23,171 bases of DNA from a virus (lineage: Duplodnaviria; Heunggongvirae; Uroviricota; Caudoviricetes), in the IMG/VR virus record IMGVR_UViG_2531839128_000009. One strand, given 5' to 3'. Numbering within the stretch: the stretch's first letter is position 1; the number at the start of each line of letters is the position of its first letter. Under the pieces are notes generated by a model. The model was not told the origin of the DNA. It did no database searches and saw nothing but the letters and a program-made list of their open reading frames with translations. The translations under genes and the position numbers were made by a program. Below, piece after piece: positions 8,137 to 17,744 of the stretch.

Positions 8137-8723
8137 TAGCCGCCCCCCAGTAATGACGCCACGTTACCCGTGATGCTTTTCAGCAGTGAAGTATCTGGAG
8201 GCTTGGTGGTTTTGTTGCCGCTGTTCTGTACCGCCGACGTGCTGGCCCCTTCCTTCATGTTGGTTTTATCCGCGACGGTAATCTGCTGCGTCCGGGAGAT
8301 AAGGACCTCCCTCAGGGTGAGGACGGCGGACAGGACGTTTTCGGTTGTCTTGTCCGTCGTCACTTCCAGCGCCCGGATCAACATGTTGCTGTACAGTCGT
8401 TTACCGGTTACCACATCGAAGGGGATACGGCTTTCCTGCAGATCCAGTAGCTCCTGATACGTCTGCTGAGGACTCAGGCCGAGCAGGCTGGTAGCCGTCA
8501 GATTACTGGCAAAATCCAGCAATGCGCCGCCACCGGCGAAACCAACCTCCATCACCACTTCTGACGGTTTTTTATAGGCATGATCAGCGACAGCGGCCCC
8601 AACCTCTACCGGATGCTCTGTTATTTCAAGCATATCTGTATGCTTCTCTGAAATAACAACACTGGGAACAATCATTCCTATTTTTCTGCTCTGCTGATGA
8701 AAAAGTGTAGAGAGAATATCCAC
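8136..8723 (-). CDS. tail protein following the tape measure (hypothetical)
   Basis: 195-aa ORF whose start overlaps the tape measure stop, same strand. Confidence 0.6.
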   Translation of the reverse strand: MDILSTLFHQQSRKIGMIVPSVVISEKHTDMLEITEHPVEVGAAVADHAYKKPSEVVMEVGFAGGGALLDFASNLTATSLLGLSPQQTYQELLDLQESRIPFDVVTGKRLYSNMLIRALEVTTDKTTENVLSAVLTLREVLISRTQQITVADKTNMKEGASTSAVQNSGNKTTKPPDTSLLKSITGNVASLLGGG

Positions 8724-10712
8724 TAACCCACCCTCACCTGATTACTTCGCATGACCTGAGCATTTGCAGACTGTTGCCGACGTGCAACCTCATTACCGAC
8801 AGCGTGCGGATCTCCACCACCGTAAATGTGGTAGGTATTTTGCTGGTTAACCTCTGTCATTTTGCCACTAATTCCCGCCACGGCAGCCTTATTAATCAGC
8901 TCTCGAGAATAGATATTTCTTCCATTCTCATGCTGGATAATGCTGCTCATCAATGCTGACATGGTTTGCGGATCGCTCATATTCAGGGCAGCCCGGGGAT
9001 CCACTCCCAGTCGTTGCGATACAGCCCTGATATACGCAGTTGTGTTGTTATTATCAGACGCAGGTGCCCAAGTAGAGATAATTTTCTCCACACTGTTTAT
9101 TCCCCGTCCGGCGTACAGCATTAACTGACGAGCAAGAGCCCGTAATCCATCAAAAGCAGTTTCAAATCTGGCAAATCGCCCGCCCGGGCGTTCAAGAGAA
9201 GCCCCTGCCTGACCAGCAAAATTAAGGTTTCCCGGATTGTTATTCCGTTCTCCTCGTTTCGTAGCCTGTGCATATTGTTCCGGCTCATCATCACCAAACC
9301 AGCCGCGTACCGTCCGGCCCACACTGCGGGGATCGAATCCCCAGTGCTCTTTAATCCAGTCGGCAGTACTGTTAGCGCTGTCTGTAACCATCGGCATCGC
9401 TGACGGATTTTCGCTGCCCTGATTAAGTATCTGTTTGCCGATGATGACGGCATCAGCCCAGCGGCCATCTTTGATAGCGTTGAGCAGGTCGGCGATCATG
9501 TTCAGCATTTTGCTGAATTCGCCCATCTGGTCGATGAAGTTGCTGAAATCCCACTTCAGGGACCATGATTTTGGGTCAATATTGAGCAGTTTCGCCAGCG
9601 CTTTCGCCAGTTCATTAACAGACCCTTTCAGGTCACGAACCATCTTCAGCGCGGCATCGACCTCCGGCTTCCACTTGCCCCAGTCAATCAGGCTGTCGCC
9701 GCCTTCCTTCCAGGTCTGATAGTCCTCCCACAGAAGGGCAATCCCCGCCGCCAGCGCGGTAATGAGACCAATCGGCGACATCCAGAACGTACTGTTCAGA
9801 ATGCGCAGCGCAATCGTCAGCGCGCCAAACAGCGAGATGAGCTCCCGCGTTTGCTTATCCAGCGATTGCCACCAGGTGATAAGGCTGGATGTTCCCTCAA
9901 TTAGCCTGAAGAACAGCCGCCCGATGATGTCTCCGATCGCCAGAATGCCTTTTATGGCTTTCGTCAGGGTCTGCTCGATACGAGGGAAGTTGTCCAGGAT
10001 ATGGCGGCGCAGGGTGTCCAGCGAACCCGCAAGCCCACCCGCAAGATTAGAGCCGATTTTGTCACGGGCCATGCCTGCCATCGCGCCGAACTCGCGCAGG
10101 GAGGTCATGAATTTGTTGGAGCTTCTGGCCGCCTCGTCAGCATTGAAGCCGATAGCTTTCGCCATTGCGCTGTACTGCCCGGAGCCCCCCCCCCACACCC
10201 CGGCGCATCGCCATAAGGGTATTTTCGTCAATGCCCAGCATCTGCGCATACTGGTTAGCCCGGTAATACGGCATGCTGCTGAGCTTCTGGCCGACGCCCG
10301 TAAAGATAGCGGCCATGTCGCGCATGTTACCGCTGGCGTCACGGGTCTGTACCCCCAGACGATTCAGAAATCCCTCCGCCCCGGGGTTATTACGGATAAA
10401 ACGGGCAAGGCTCTCCAGTGACCCGCGCGCAGCGTCCACGCTGCCGCCAACCTGCGAAACCGCATAGCCAATAGACTGAATTCCCTGGACTGTCGCGCCG
10501 GTGCGCTGTGACGCCCAGTAAAGATTATCCAGGCCGGAGGCGATCTTAGCCGTGAAGGCCACCACGGACAGCGCAGCTCCTTCAACGGCCAGTCCCATTT
10601 TGATGACATTTGCAGTTGTACCGGCGAGGACAGAACCGAACTTTTTCGCTCCTGCATCATCCACACTGAAGCCAAGCGAGACGAGGAAATCTTTAATAGT
10701 TTCAGCGTTCAT
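8723..10712 (-). pseudogene. tail tape measure protein, frame interrupted in a homopolymer tract
   Basis: Two overlapping minus-strand ORFs (10137-10733 and 8723-10342) in different frames both give tape-measure-like sequence, and switch frame exactly at the C10 run 10185-10194. Removing one base restores a continuous roughly 660-aa protein reading …MAMRRGVGGGSGQYSAMAKAIGF…. Start ATG 10710-10712 has a GGAGAGAGGA SD. Confidence 0.8.
10185..10194. repeat. C10 (G10 on the coding strand) homopolymer inside the tape measure gene
   Basis: Ten consecutive C counted on the plus strand; they encode Gly-Gly-Gly in either frame. A length of 9 or 12 would be in frame. Confidence 0.9.
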
Positions 10713-10947
10713 TATCCTCTCTCCATTTCTCAATGCGCCGCTGGTTATCCGCTTTTACCGCCAGATGGTCATTCAAGAGAGCAATGTCATACAAATCGAC
10801 AGAGCCATCTTTAAGTGCTGTATAGGGAATTAACCCGGCGTCAACCGGATTGAGAAGGTAGGACAGCCCGTCCGGCAGGCTGTTAAACGTCAGCCCTGTT
10901 GCAGGCTCTGCGTCGTGCTGGTAAGGGGTGTAGGCAAAAAATTTCCC
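10702..10947 (-). other. -1 programmed frameshift signal and extension frame of the tail chaperone
   Basis: Coding-strand GGGAAATTTTTTG (plus 10935-10947) contains two overlapping heptamers, G_GGA_AAT and T_TTT_TTG, in the zero frame 16 codons before its stop. The -1 frame is open from there for 79 codons to TGA 10702-10704, overlapping the tape measure start. Predicted fusion is about 210 aa. Confidence 0.7.
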
Positions 10948-11342
10948 AGCGAATCGGCGACCACCCGCGCCACCAGATGAAGCATGACCAGCAAGTCAAT
11001 ATCATCAAACATCAGTTCGCCCTGGGTAAATACCGGAACCCATCCGTCCATATGACGCCGCGACACCACCGCAAGACAGGGATGAATAATCGCATCGGTG
11101 TCATCTTCGGTCAGGGAAGACAGTTCCTCAGCGATACGCGGGAGCATGGTTTCAAACACCGGTTTTAACTGCTCGAATTTCACGGTGTCGATTTTGCCGT
11201 CAGCAGGCAAACGGGAGCGAATGCTCCCGAAATCTGACATCATTCCCGCCAGTACCGGCAGAAGTTTGCGGGTCACTTTCAGCTGGTCAAAAACGCTGAG
11301 TTTTGCCACGCGATATTTCACGCCTTTGATTTCGAATTCCAT
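10890..11342 (-). CDS. tail assembly chaperone (zero-frame product)
   Basis: 150-aa ORF between the tube and tape measure genes, the conserved position of the G/GT-type chaperone. Confidence 0.8.
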   Translation of the reverse strand: MEFEIKGVKYRVAKLSVFDQLKVTRKLLPVLAGMMSDFGSIRSRLPADGKIDTVKFEQLKPVFETMLPRIAEELSSLTEDDTDAIIHPCLAVVSRRHMDGWVPVFTQGELMFDDIDLLVMLHLVARVVADSLGNFLPTPLTSTTQSLQQG

Positions 11343-11345
11343 GCA

Positions 11346-11786
11346 TTAAAACTCCCCGAGAACCTGGTCAATCTTGCCGCAGTCAAACACCCACGGCATC
11401 GTATTACCGGTTTTAGCGTTGGCGTTATCCGGTTGTTTCTGGAACGCAACACTGCGTGCCGTGATGATGTCGCCGCTGACCTTGTTGCGGATCACGATAA
11501 CGTTATTCCCCCATGTGGCAGAAGACTGGCTCTGTGCGTTATACGCCAGCGACAATTTTTTATTTGTCGGTGATGTCTTCAGAAGGTTAACGGTAATCGT
11601 CCCGCTTTTATCTGCATGGAGACTGTGCATCACTTCGCCATCAGCACCGATGGTCATGGTGTTTTTAGGACCGCCCATCGCAACCACAATCCCCTCTTCA
11701 GAACTTGCAGAACCGTACCCGAGGTCAATCGAACCGGTCGGGCCGGTCAGCGTCGCAGTGACATCCATAAAAGAATAGGTAGACAT
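11346..11786 (-). CDS. tail tube protein
   Basis: 146-aa ORF immediately after the sheath gene and before the chaperone. Assignment is from size and synteny. Confidence 0.75.
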   Translation of the reverse strand: MSTYSFMDVTATLTGPTGSIDLGYGSASSEEGIVVAMGGPKNTMTIGADGEVMHSLHADKSGTITVNLLKTSPTNKKLSLAYNAQSQSSATWGNNVIVIRNKVSGDIITARSVAFQKQPDNANAKTGNTMPWVFDCGKIDQVLGEF

Positions 11787-11796
11787 TCACTTCCCC

Positions 11797-12942
11797 TTAG
11801 CGAACAACGTTAATCTGTACGTCAGCGTAATGAACCGCGCCTGCAAGTTTTATTGCAGCCTGAATCACCGGAGCCTTACGGGCTTCACGTTCTGATTGTG
11901 CCTGTTCATCCAGCGGCTGGGCGTATACGTAATAACCTTTGGGCAGCGTGTCACCTGATGACAACTGACCAAGGTCGCCACCGTTCCATACGCCCGGAGC
12001 AATCAGTCCATTCTGAACGGCCTGAGCCAGTGATTTTTCAACATTTGATAACAGTCGGGTAATACCGGCTTCAGTCTGGGGAACCTTCGTGGTGCTGGTA
12101 TAAAGCAGGTTATAGAGGTTGGTCTGCACATAATTCTGTAACCAGTCCAGGCCGTGGCGTTCATCAAAGAAATCGCCGTTAGCCATCACTCCCTGCTGGA
12201 GGATAGCTGTATCATTCTGGTAGTACACGAACACATTGCAGTTTTTTGCATCAAGTGCCGATGCCTGGCTGACTGTCAGTGTTTCATACCCGACACCCGG
12301 CTCCTGCTTAAACTTGAGCGTAATCGCGGTATTACTGCCATTGAAATTAACCGTGAATGCCCGGCCAAATGCAGATAACGCAGCGTATTTACTACCCGAT
12401 GAATATTGAATAAAACTGCGTGAATATCCGGCGGTTTTCAGTTTTGATGCCAAATCATCGCTGGATGCAGTCTGCAGGCATTTCTCATCGCTTGTCGTAA
12501 TCGCCAGAATACGGCTTACAGAAGAGGATTCGATCGCCGCAGCCACTTTCAGCCAGTCTGCATCCGGAATATCTTCATCGTCTGCAATCCCCAGCCCATA
12601 CCATGAAGTATAATCGAGCATGGCATTCACAGCCTGCTCCAGCGTCTCAGGCGTGGCCTGTTCGCTGTCTCCCTTCGTTTTCACCCAACGACCAACAAAA
12701 ACCTCCTGAGGTTTCGGTGATTGAGAGAAAAACACCTGCGCAGCCTTATATTCTGGTGATTCCACGCCAAAATCTTTTCCAATATCTTCCGCGGCAGAAT
12801 AACGGCGAATGCGCTCACTTACCGGAATGATTGTGGACGGGCCGAGAATGAGTAATGCACCAAAATTTCGCCCTGATGCTGCACGCGGCGACATGATCAC
12901 ATCAACATTAACAACGTTTGATACAGGCAAGCCCTGTGCCAT
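11797..12942 (-). CDS. tail sheath protein
   Basis: 381-aa ORF at the head of the tail block. Size and position fit a contractile sheath subunit. Confidence 0.8.
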   Translation of the reverse strand: MAQGLPVSNVVNVDVIMSPRAASGRNFGALLILGPSTIIPVSERIRRYSAAEDIGKDFGVESPEYKAAQVFFSQSPKPQEVFVGRWVKTKGDSEQATPETLEQAVNAMLDYTSWYGLGIADDEDIPDADWLKVAAAIESSSVSRILAITTSDEKCLQTASSDDLASKLKTAGYSRSFIQYSSGSKYAALSAFGRAFTVNFNGSNTAITLKFKQEPGVGYETLTVSQASALDAKNCNVFVYYQNDTAILQQGVMANGDFFDERHGLDWLQNYVQTNLYNLLYTSTTKVPQTEAGITRLLSNVEKSLAQAVQNGLIAPGVWNGGDLGQLSSGDTLPKGYYVYAQPLDEQAQSEREARKAPVIQAAIKLAGAVHYADVQINVVR

Positions 12943-12945
12943 AGC

Positions 12946-13554
12946 TTAATCTCCGAAAAAGATGACTGGTGCTTCCACCAGCGATTTAATACCGTACTCG
13001 CGCACAACCTTCCGGCGCAGACGCACCGTCATATCGTAGCGGCGGACCCATTGCTGATTAATAAGTTCAGGGAAGGGAGTCAGACCTGTGTAATCGCCAA
13101 GAGACAGCCCCAGCGCATTCAGTGCTGCGTTGTTCTGCGGTACAGATATACCGTCACGAAACCGGGACGCATACACCATCCCCGCCGGACCATAAAACGA
13201 AGCCATACACTCAATCGTTTCATGCCGCCAGAGCTGAGAGCCATCATCGGTCTGTCTGGTGAATGCCGGACTGTCATCACCTGACCATCCGATAACCCCA
13301 AACGCACACCAGTTCGTTTCAGCCGGTAGCAGTGGCGGTTGCTCTTTCTGCCAGCGCGGACGAACCATCCCGGCAGACAGACCGGAAACGTTACGCATCC
13401 ACTGGCTTAACAGCCTGTCGAGCGCTTCGTCATAATCCGGATCGCCACTGGTTGGTATCAGCCATCCGCGCTCTGTGCTGGTGTTATTGCTCAACCGGAA
13501 TTCCCCCATCAAACGGCAGCAACTCACAATGCGCCTGAACGAATCCGGCACCAT
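12946..13554 (-). CDS. head-tail joining / tail completion protein (hypothetical; start uncertain)
   Basis: ORF ending 3 nt before the sheath start. Alternative ATG at 13507-13509 (MGEFRLSNN…) would reduce the overlap with the upstream gene. No clear SD for either start. Confidence 0.55.
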   Translation of the reverse strand: MVPDSFRRIVSCCRLMGEFRLSNNTSTERGWLIPTSGDPDYDEALDRLLSQWMRNVSGLSAGMVRPRWQKEQPPLLPAETNWCAFGVIGWSGDDSPAFTRQTDDGSQLWRHETIECMASFYGPAGMVYASRFRDGISVPQNNAALNALGLSLGDYTGLTPFPELINQQWVRRYDMTVRLRRKVVREYGIKSLVEAPVIFFGD

Positions 13555-13873
13555 ACGCTGTATACGGGTCGACGAAAGTCACACGATAATCACGGCCCTG
13601 ATACGTCACGATATCGGCATCACGGCCAGTCTGTCCCTGCGTCAGTCGCTCAGTCGTCACAATCAGAATTGCACCACTGATTACCTGCCCGGCCTGCATA
13701 CGACGGTTTTCCAGAGAGCGATCAACAGTTACGACTCCGGCAAACTGCTTTTTAACTTCGCTGTCGCTGCCGATCCCGTCCTCATCCACCGTTTGCACAC
13801 GGCGTGTTACCCACAAATTGAAGTCGCAAAAATCGGGGTCAAAAAGCACATCTGTTACATCAAGAGTCGGCAT
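13484..13873 (-). CDS. head-tail connector protein (hypothetical)
   Basis: 129-aa ORF, same strand, overlapping neighbours. Confidence 0.6.
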   Translation of the reverse strand: MPTLDVTDVLFDPDFCDFNLWVTRRVQTVDEDGIGSDSEVKKQFAGVVTVDRSLENRRMQAGQVISGAILIVTTERLTQGQTGRDADIVTYQGRDYRVTFVDPYTAYGAGFVQAHCELLPFDGGIPVEQ

Positions 13874-14414
13874 TTTTATCCCTCACAACATGGGTAATCG
13901 CTCTGCGATATTGCCCGGTGTCAATTAATGGTTTCGCCAGTTCGGTTCCCGGGGATTCGCCAGCAGCACGCCGGGCAAGTTCCAGTGTTGCCCCCTTGCG
14001 CCCCCGACGAGCCCGGGCTTCAACAGTACTGTCAGCAAGCGGCGTAAAGCCGGTAATGGTCATGTAACGCCTGACGCCATTAGCCGCCAGTGTTCCGGCA
14101 CGGTTGAGTGCGCTTTCTGCTCCCGCAGCATTACCATCAAGTGCAGCCTGCGCCGCGACTTTGAGCTGCGGCACCGTCTGCTCTTCTGCCGATTTAACGC
14201 CGGGAACCAGGTGAGGTCGTGGCGGGATGTTCTGCTCTGGTGAGCCGTATTCGTTGAGGTAACCGATGCCCGCATTACCAAACGGAACATCATCCCGCCC
14301 GCTGTCTTCCGAAGGGATGCCGACCAGCACATCTTTTTTGGTTAACGACCTGAGCGCATCCAGAATGGCCTTAGCGTTATCCACCCTCGTTGTTACACCG
14401 CTTTTGAAACTCAT
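13860..14414 (-). CDS. virion morphogenesis / neck protein (hypothetical)
   Basis: 184-aa ORF, same strand; ATGA overlap with the upstream gene. Confidence 0.6.
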   Translation of the reverse strand: MSFKSGVTTRVDNAKAILDALRSLTKKDVLVGIPSEDSGRDDVPFGNAGIGYLNEYGSPEQNIPPRPHLVPGVKSAEEQTVPQLKVAAQAALDGNAAGAESALNRAGTLAANGVRRYMTITGFTPLADSTVEARARRGRKGATLELARRAAGESPGTELAKPLIDTGQYRRAITHVVRDKNADS

Positions 14415-14818
14415 AGCTGGCGACCACCTGCACCGAACATCGTGATCAACTGATAAAATTCAGCGCCATATCGGGTGTTATTCCAGAAACCTGCATCAGG
14501 ATTCAGCGTCGCGCTGGTGTCATAACTGACGCTTACCTTATCCACGGACTTTGAGGACTGAACACCATTGGTTGAACCGCCCGGACCACCAGCCAGCATC
14601 GCCCGACTGTCTGCCGCCCAGAGCGTCATGTAGTGCGCAACGAACAACCCGGCAAAGTACGGAAACAACTTTTTGCCGGTGACGTTTTCGCTCAGCAGTT
14701 CATCGGCCAGATTCAGACGAAACTGGATTTGCGCTTCGGGATATTTGGCAGGGTCAGCAAACTGCGGGAAGTCGCGGCGAAAATCACTTACCGCTGGCAG
14801 ACTTTGATTCTTTGGCAT
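14411..14818 (-). CDS. head-tail adaptor-like protein (hypothetical)
   Basis: 135-aa ORF with a GAGGT SD 5 nt upstream of ATG 14816-14818. Confidence 0.65.
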   Translation of the reverse strand: MPKNQSLPAVSDFRRDFPQFADPAKYPEAQIQFRLNLADELLSENVTGKKLFPYFAGLFVAHYMTLWAADSRAMLAGGPGGSTNGVQSSKSVDKVSVSYDTSATLNPDAGFWNNTRYGAEFYQLITMFGAGGRQL

Positions 14819-15005
14819 TTTTTACCTCGTTACGCGCGTCTGTGGCTTTGCCAACGGATACTTCCGCGTGCGCACGAGTGAACCAGTGCGTGGCAACTTC
14901 TTCCTCCACAGCATGACGGCCTTTAACAAACTCGCTCCGTGAACCGTCGGGAAGCGTGAGCACAAACGGGGTATGTACGTGTATTACTGCATTATTTTTT
15001 GCCAT
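14784..15005 (-). CDS. small Lys-rich protein following the capsid gene (hypothetical)
   Basis: 73-aa ORF with an AAGGA SD 7 nt upstream of ATG 15003-15005. Overlaps the next gene by 35 nt. Confidence 0.5.
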   Translation of the reverse strand: MAKNNAVIHVHTPFVLTLPDGSRSEFVKGRHAVEEEVATHWFTRAHAEVSVGKATDARNEVKNAKESKSASGK

Positions 15006-15020
15006 CGGGTCATCCTTAAT

Positions 15021-15040
15021 GGCCCCGCCAGGGGGCCATG
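15021..15040 (-). other. intergenic stem-loop between the capsid gene and the next gene
   Basis: GGCCCC-GCCA-GGGGGCC (6-bp GC stem) located between the capsid stop (15047) and the next SD. No U-run follows, so it is not a classical terminator. Confidence 0.4.
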
Positions 15041-15046
15041 TGGCTG

Positions 15047-15988
15047 TTAAATGCCATCAACGTACGAAATGGTTTCTTTGTACACTGGCTCAACCGCACC
15101 CAGCTTGCCGTAGTAAGTGACGATCTGATACAGACCGCGATACTGCACCGGCACGCTCTGAAGCGGAACCAGCGGGTAGCGGACGTATTTTTTATCGTTG
15201 GTGTACGCAACCATGCGATCCTTTTTCCCCACACCACGGCCTTTCAGCCATTTAACCGCGCGGATATTCAGCGGAACACCGTTCTGGTGATAGCTGATGG
15301 TGTTGGTCTGAAGATACGTCAACAGGGACTGGTTACCCGCAGATGAAACGATGATGCTGGACAACAGAGCAAACTGCTCAGGCGGGATCAGCAAATCACG
15401 CGGAACCACAGAGTAACCGGAAGCGGCCCACGCATCAGACAGCACCTGGTTAATGCTTGCGCGGATTTCGTCCGGTGTTGAGGTTGCCCACGTTTTAGCA
15501 GCGTTGTTGACAGGCACGCCGTCCAGGGTAACAAGGCCTTTCAGGTTTAATGCGGAATCGCCAACATATACCTGTTCATCGTTATCCATCTGCCATTTCA
15601 GTTGCATACCGTCATACTTCTGCGTATCAATCGGGCGGCCGACCTGCTGAGCAGCCTGCAATTCTATGACCGTCCAGCCAAGTTCCATCCCCCACAGGTT
15701 CAGCGGGTTACCGGATTTGCCGATATCCACGTTCACGCCAGCAATAGCGGTTGAGTCTTTGCCTACCCAGTTTTTGCCATTCGGATTTGCACCAGTACCC
15801 GCAGCGGCGAAGCTGGTATTCGTCCAGCTGGAAATGTCATCTGCGATAGAGACATCTTCACGCAACTGAATATCGCGGGTCCAGGTGTACCCCACCAGTG
15901 GCAGGTTCAGCGTCTGGTCGAGTCGCTCCAGCTCCCCGATGAGAAAGGCACCAGAGCTGTCAACGGTTGCCTGATCAAAAGTAATCAT
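15047..15988 (-). CDS. major capsid protein
   Basis: 313-aa ORF downstream of the scaffold/protease and a small structural gene, followed by an intergenic hairpin. Assignment is from synteny and size. Confidence 0.75.
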   Translation of the reverse strand: MITFDQATVDSSGAFLIGELERLDQTLNLPLVGYTWTRDIQLREDVSIADDISSWTNTSFAAAGTGANPNGKNWVGKDSTAIAGVNVDIGKSGNPLNLWGMELGWTVIELQAAQQVGRPIDTQKYDGMQLKWQMDNDEQVYVGDSALNLKGLVTLDGVPVNNAAKTWATSTPDEIRASINQVLSDAWAASGYSVVPRDLLIPPEQFALLSSIIVSSAGNQSLLTYLQTNTISYHQNGVPLNIRAVKWLKGRGVGKKDRMVAYTNDKKYVRYPLVPLQSVPVQYRGLYQIVTYYGKLGAVEPVYKETISYVDGI

Positions 15989-15999
15989 TCGTCTGTTCC

Positions 16000-16506
16000 T
16001 TAAATCTTCCAGGAAATTTCTGCATTGCCGTCAGCATCACCGGCACCTGTGAATTCAGCGTTGGTCAGCACCACGTTTTTGCCACTGACTGACGTGGACA
16101 TGAATCCACCCAGCGGCACTTTGATGGATTCATCAGTGGAGACGACAACGTATACCGGGTCGCCTTTTTTGATGGTGCTGGCATCAAAATCAGAACCGAG
16201 ATTAACGGTCACGTAGCCACGCTTCATGGCGTCGCCCGGGAAGTTCTTGCCAGTCCCCACCTGGCGAACCATGTCCGGCTGCGAAGTGGTCGGATAAGGG
16301 CGCACGTAGATCCCCTTCACCTTGTCTGCGGTATCACCATCTGCCAGCGGCACGAAAAAACCGTCATCATCGTATTTACCAGCCAGGCCATAGGCAGCGA
16401 AGGCGTTATCGGATTTAAGGACCACCGGTTCGACGGTTAAGTCCTGCGGGCGAGAGACAGCCCCGGCAATGCCAACAGGCATCCGGTACAGAAATACATT
16501 ATTCAT
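16000..16506 (-). CDS. capsid-associated structural protein (decoration or accessory; hypothetical)
   Basis: 168-aa ORF between the scaffold/protease and capsid genes. Confidence 0.6.
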   Translation of the reverse strand: MNNVFLYRMPVGIAGAVSRPQDLTVEPVVLKSDNAFAAYGLAGKYDDDGFFVPLADGDTADKVKGIYVRPYPTTSQPDMVRQVGTGKNFPGDAMKRGYVTVNLGSDFDASTIKKGDPVYVVVSTDESIKVPLGGFMSTSVSGKNVVLTNAEFTGAGDADGNAEISWKI

Positions 16507-16509
16507 TTT

Positions 16510-17730
16510 TTACCCTTTACGGTTTGCCCAGAATTCAGCGTTTTGTTTGTTCAGGGAAGCGATACTGGTCATGCCCATGTTTAGGCGCTGTGCATCGCCG
16601 GTGGTGGCGCGGGTGTTTCGCCCTTTGGCAATCTCAGACACGGCATTAAACGCCATGTCGACCGATTGTTTCGGCAATTTGCGGATATCCGCATCACCGA
16701 CTATCTGGCGAACCAGCGTTTTGTCAGCAGAAGCCAGAACCTCGCGTTTGAACGCGGTCGGTTTCATCTTACGGCTCAGATCGATACCCGGAACGATAAC
16801 TTCGGCACGCCAGGCTGAGTCACCAGTAATCGTGGTTTCCTCTTCATCGTCCTCGCCGTCACCGGTTGGATTATCGTCAGGCTTATTATCGTTATCGCCC
16901 GTCGCATTTCCTTCCAGCTTAGCCAGCAGGGATTTCAGTAATGTTTTGAGGTCATCATCACTGTCGCCGGTTGGACCTCCGCCCATCTCTGGTGCTTTGT
17001 CCGGTAGTGGTTGCTGCGGGGACAGGTTGATGTTGAGATTAACGCCCTGCGGCAAATCCCCCTCATCTCCTGTAACCGATGCGGGAGCCGACTCCACCAG
17101 TTCGTTCATGGTGTCGGCATCTCCTGTCTTGATGGCTGCACGCATGCGGTTCCACCAGTTTTTCTTTTGATTTGCCATTGTGTCTCTGTCTCCAATTGCA
17201 CAACGATTTCCGGCTCTGCCTTTGGGGACAAGAGCCACATGGTTTCCGGTAATATCGACCTGCTCGGCTTTACCTGGCTCGGTCTGCTCATACTCCGCGT
17301 CATAGCCGCACGACACTTCGCGCAGGCCATCTTCGATAAGCTGAATGGCGCTTTCGTCTTTGACGATAAGGTCAGCCAGCATCAAATCAGACTGCTCACC
17401 CGTCCCGCGCCGGACATTCTGGAGGTGCCCGACAGCAAGCTCTTTCCAGTTCTCGGGATTTACCAGCCGCACATTCCCGTTTTCATCTTCAGGATGCAGG
17501 ATCGTGATGCTCATCCCTTCGAATGAGGCAAGCGTGGCCGGATGGAATACCTGCTCAGGAGAACGTGTGACGACTATTTCACCGAACTTATCGGGTTTCA
17601 GTTTTGGCAGGTCATCAGCACCATAGAGCTGCTTACCTGTTCGTCCTATCGGCACGTCTTTGCACAGCAACGAGCCGTCAGCCAGCTGATAGCGGGTTTC
17701 CCCCAGCCGGGTATTGAAAAAATATTTCAT
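16510..17730 (-). CDS. head scaffold / prohead protease-like protein
   Basis: 406-aa ORF with a long acidic low-complexity central region (…GDSDDDLKT…DNDNKPDDNPTGDGEDDEEE…) typical of scaffolding proteins. Lies after the portal and MuF-like genes. Confidence 0.7.
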   Translation of the reverse strand: MKYFFNTRLGETRYQLADGSLLCKDVPIGRTGKQLYGADDLPKLKPDKFGEIVVTRSPEQVFHPATLASFEGMSITILHPEDENGNVRLVNPENWKELAVGHLQNVRRGTGEQSDLMLADLIVKDESAIQLIEDGLREVSCGYDAEYEQTEPGKAEQVDITGNHVALVPKGRAGNRCAIGDRDTMANQKKNWWNRMRAAIKTGDADTMNELVESAPASVTGDEGDLPQGVNLNINLSPQQPLPDKAPEMGGGPTGDSDDDLKTLLKSLLAKLEGNATGDNDNKPDDNPTGDGEDDEEETTITGDSAWRAEVIVPGIDLSRKMKPTAFKREVLASADKTLVRQIVGDADIRKLPKQSVDMAFNAVSEIAKGRNTRATTGDAQRLNMGMTSIASLNKQNAEFWANRKG

Positions 17731-17744
17731 GTGTTACCTGCGAT

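Noticed and set aside
9762-10421. 219-aa plus-strand ORF
   Set aside because: Antisense to the tape measure gene, Arg/Ser/Pro-rich; shadow ORF.
15016-15237. 73-aa minus-strand ORF
   Set aside because: Embedded out of frame within the capsid gene on the same strand; Cys/Arg/Trp-rich nonsense composition.
16469-17170. 233-aa plus-strand ORF, Ser/Pro/Arg-rich
   Set aside because: Lies entirely antisense to the scaffold gene, has low-complexity composition and no RBS; typical shadow ORF.
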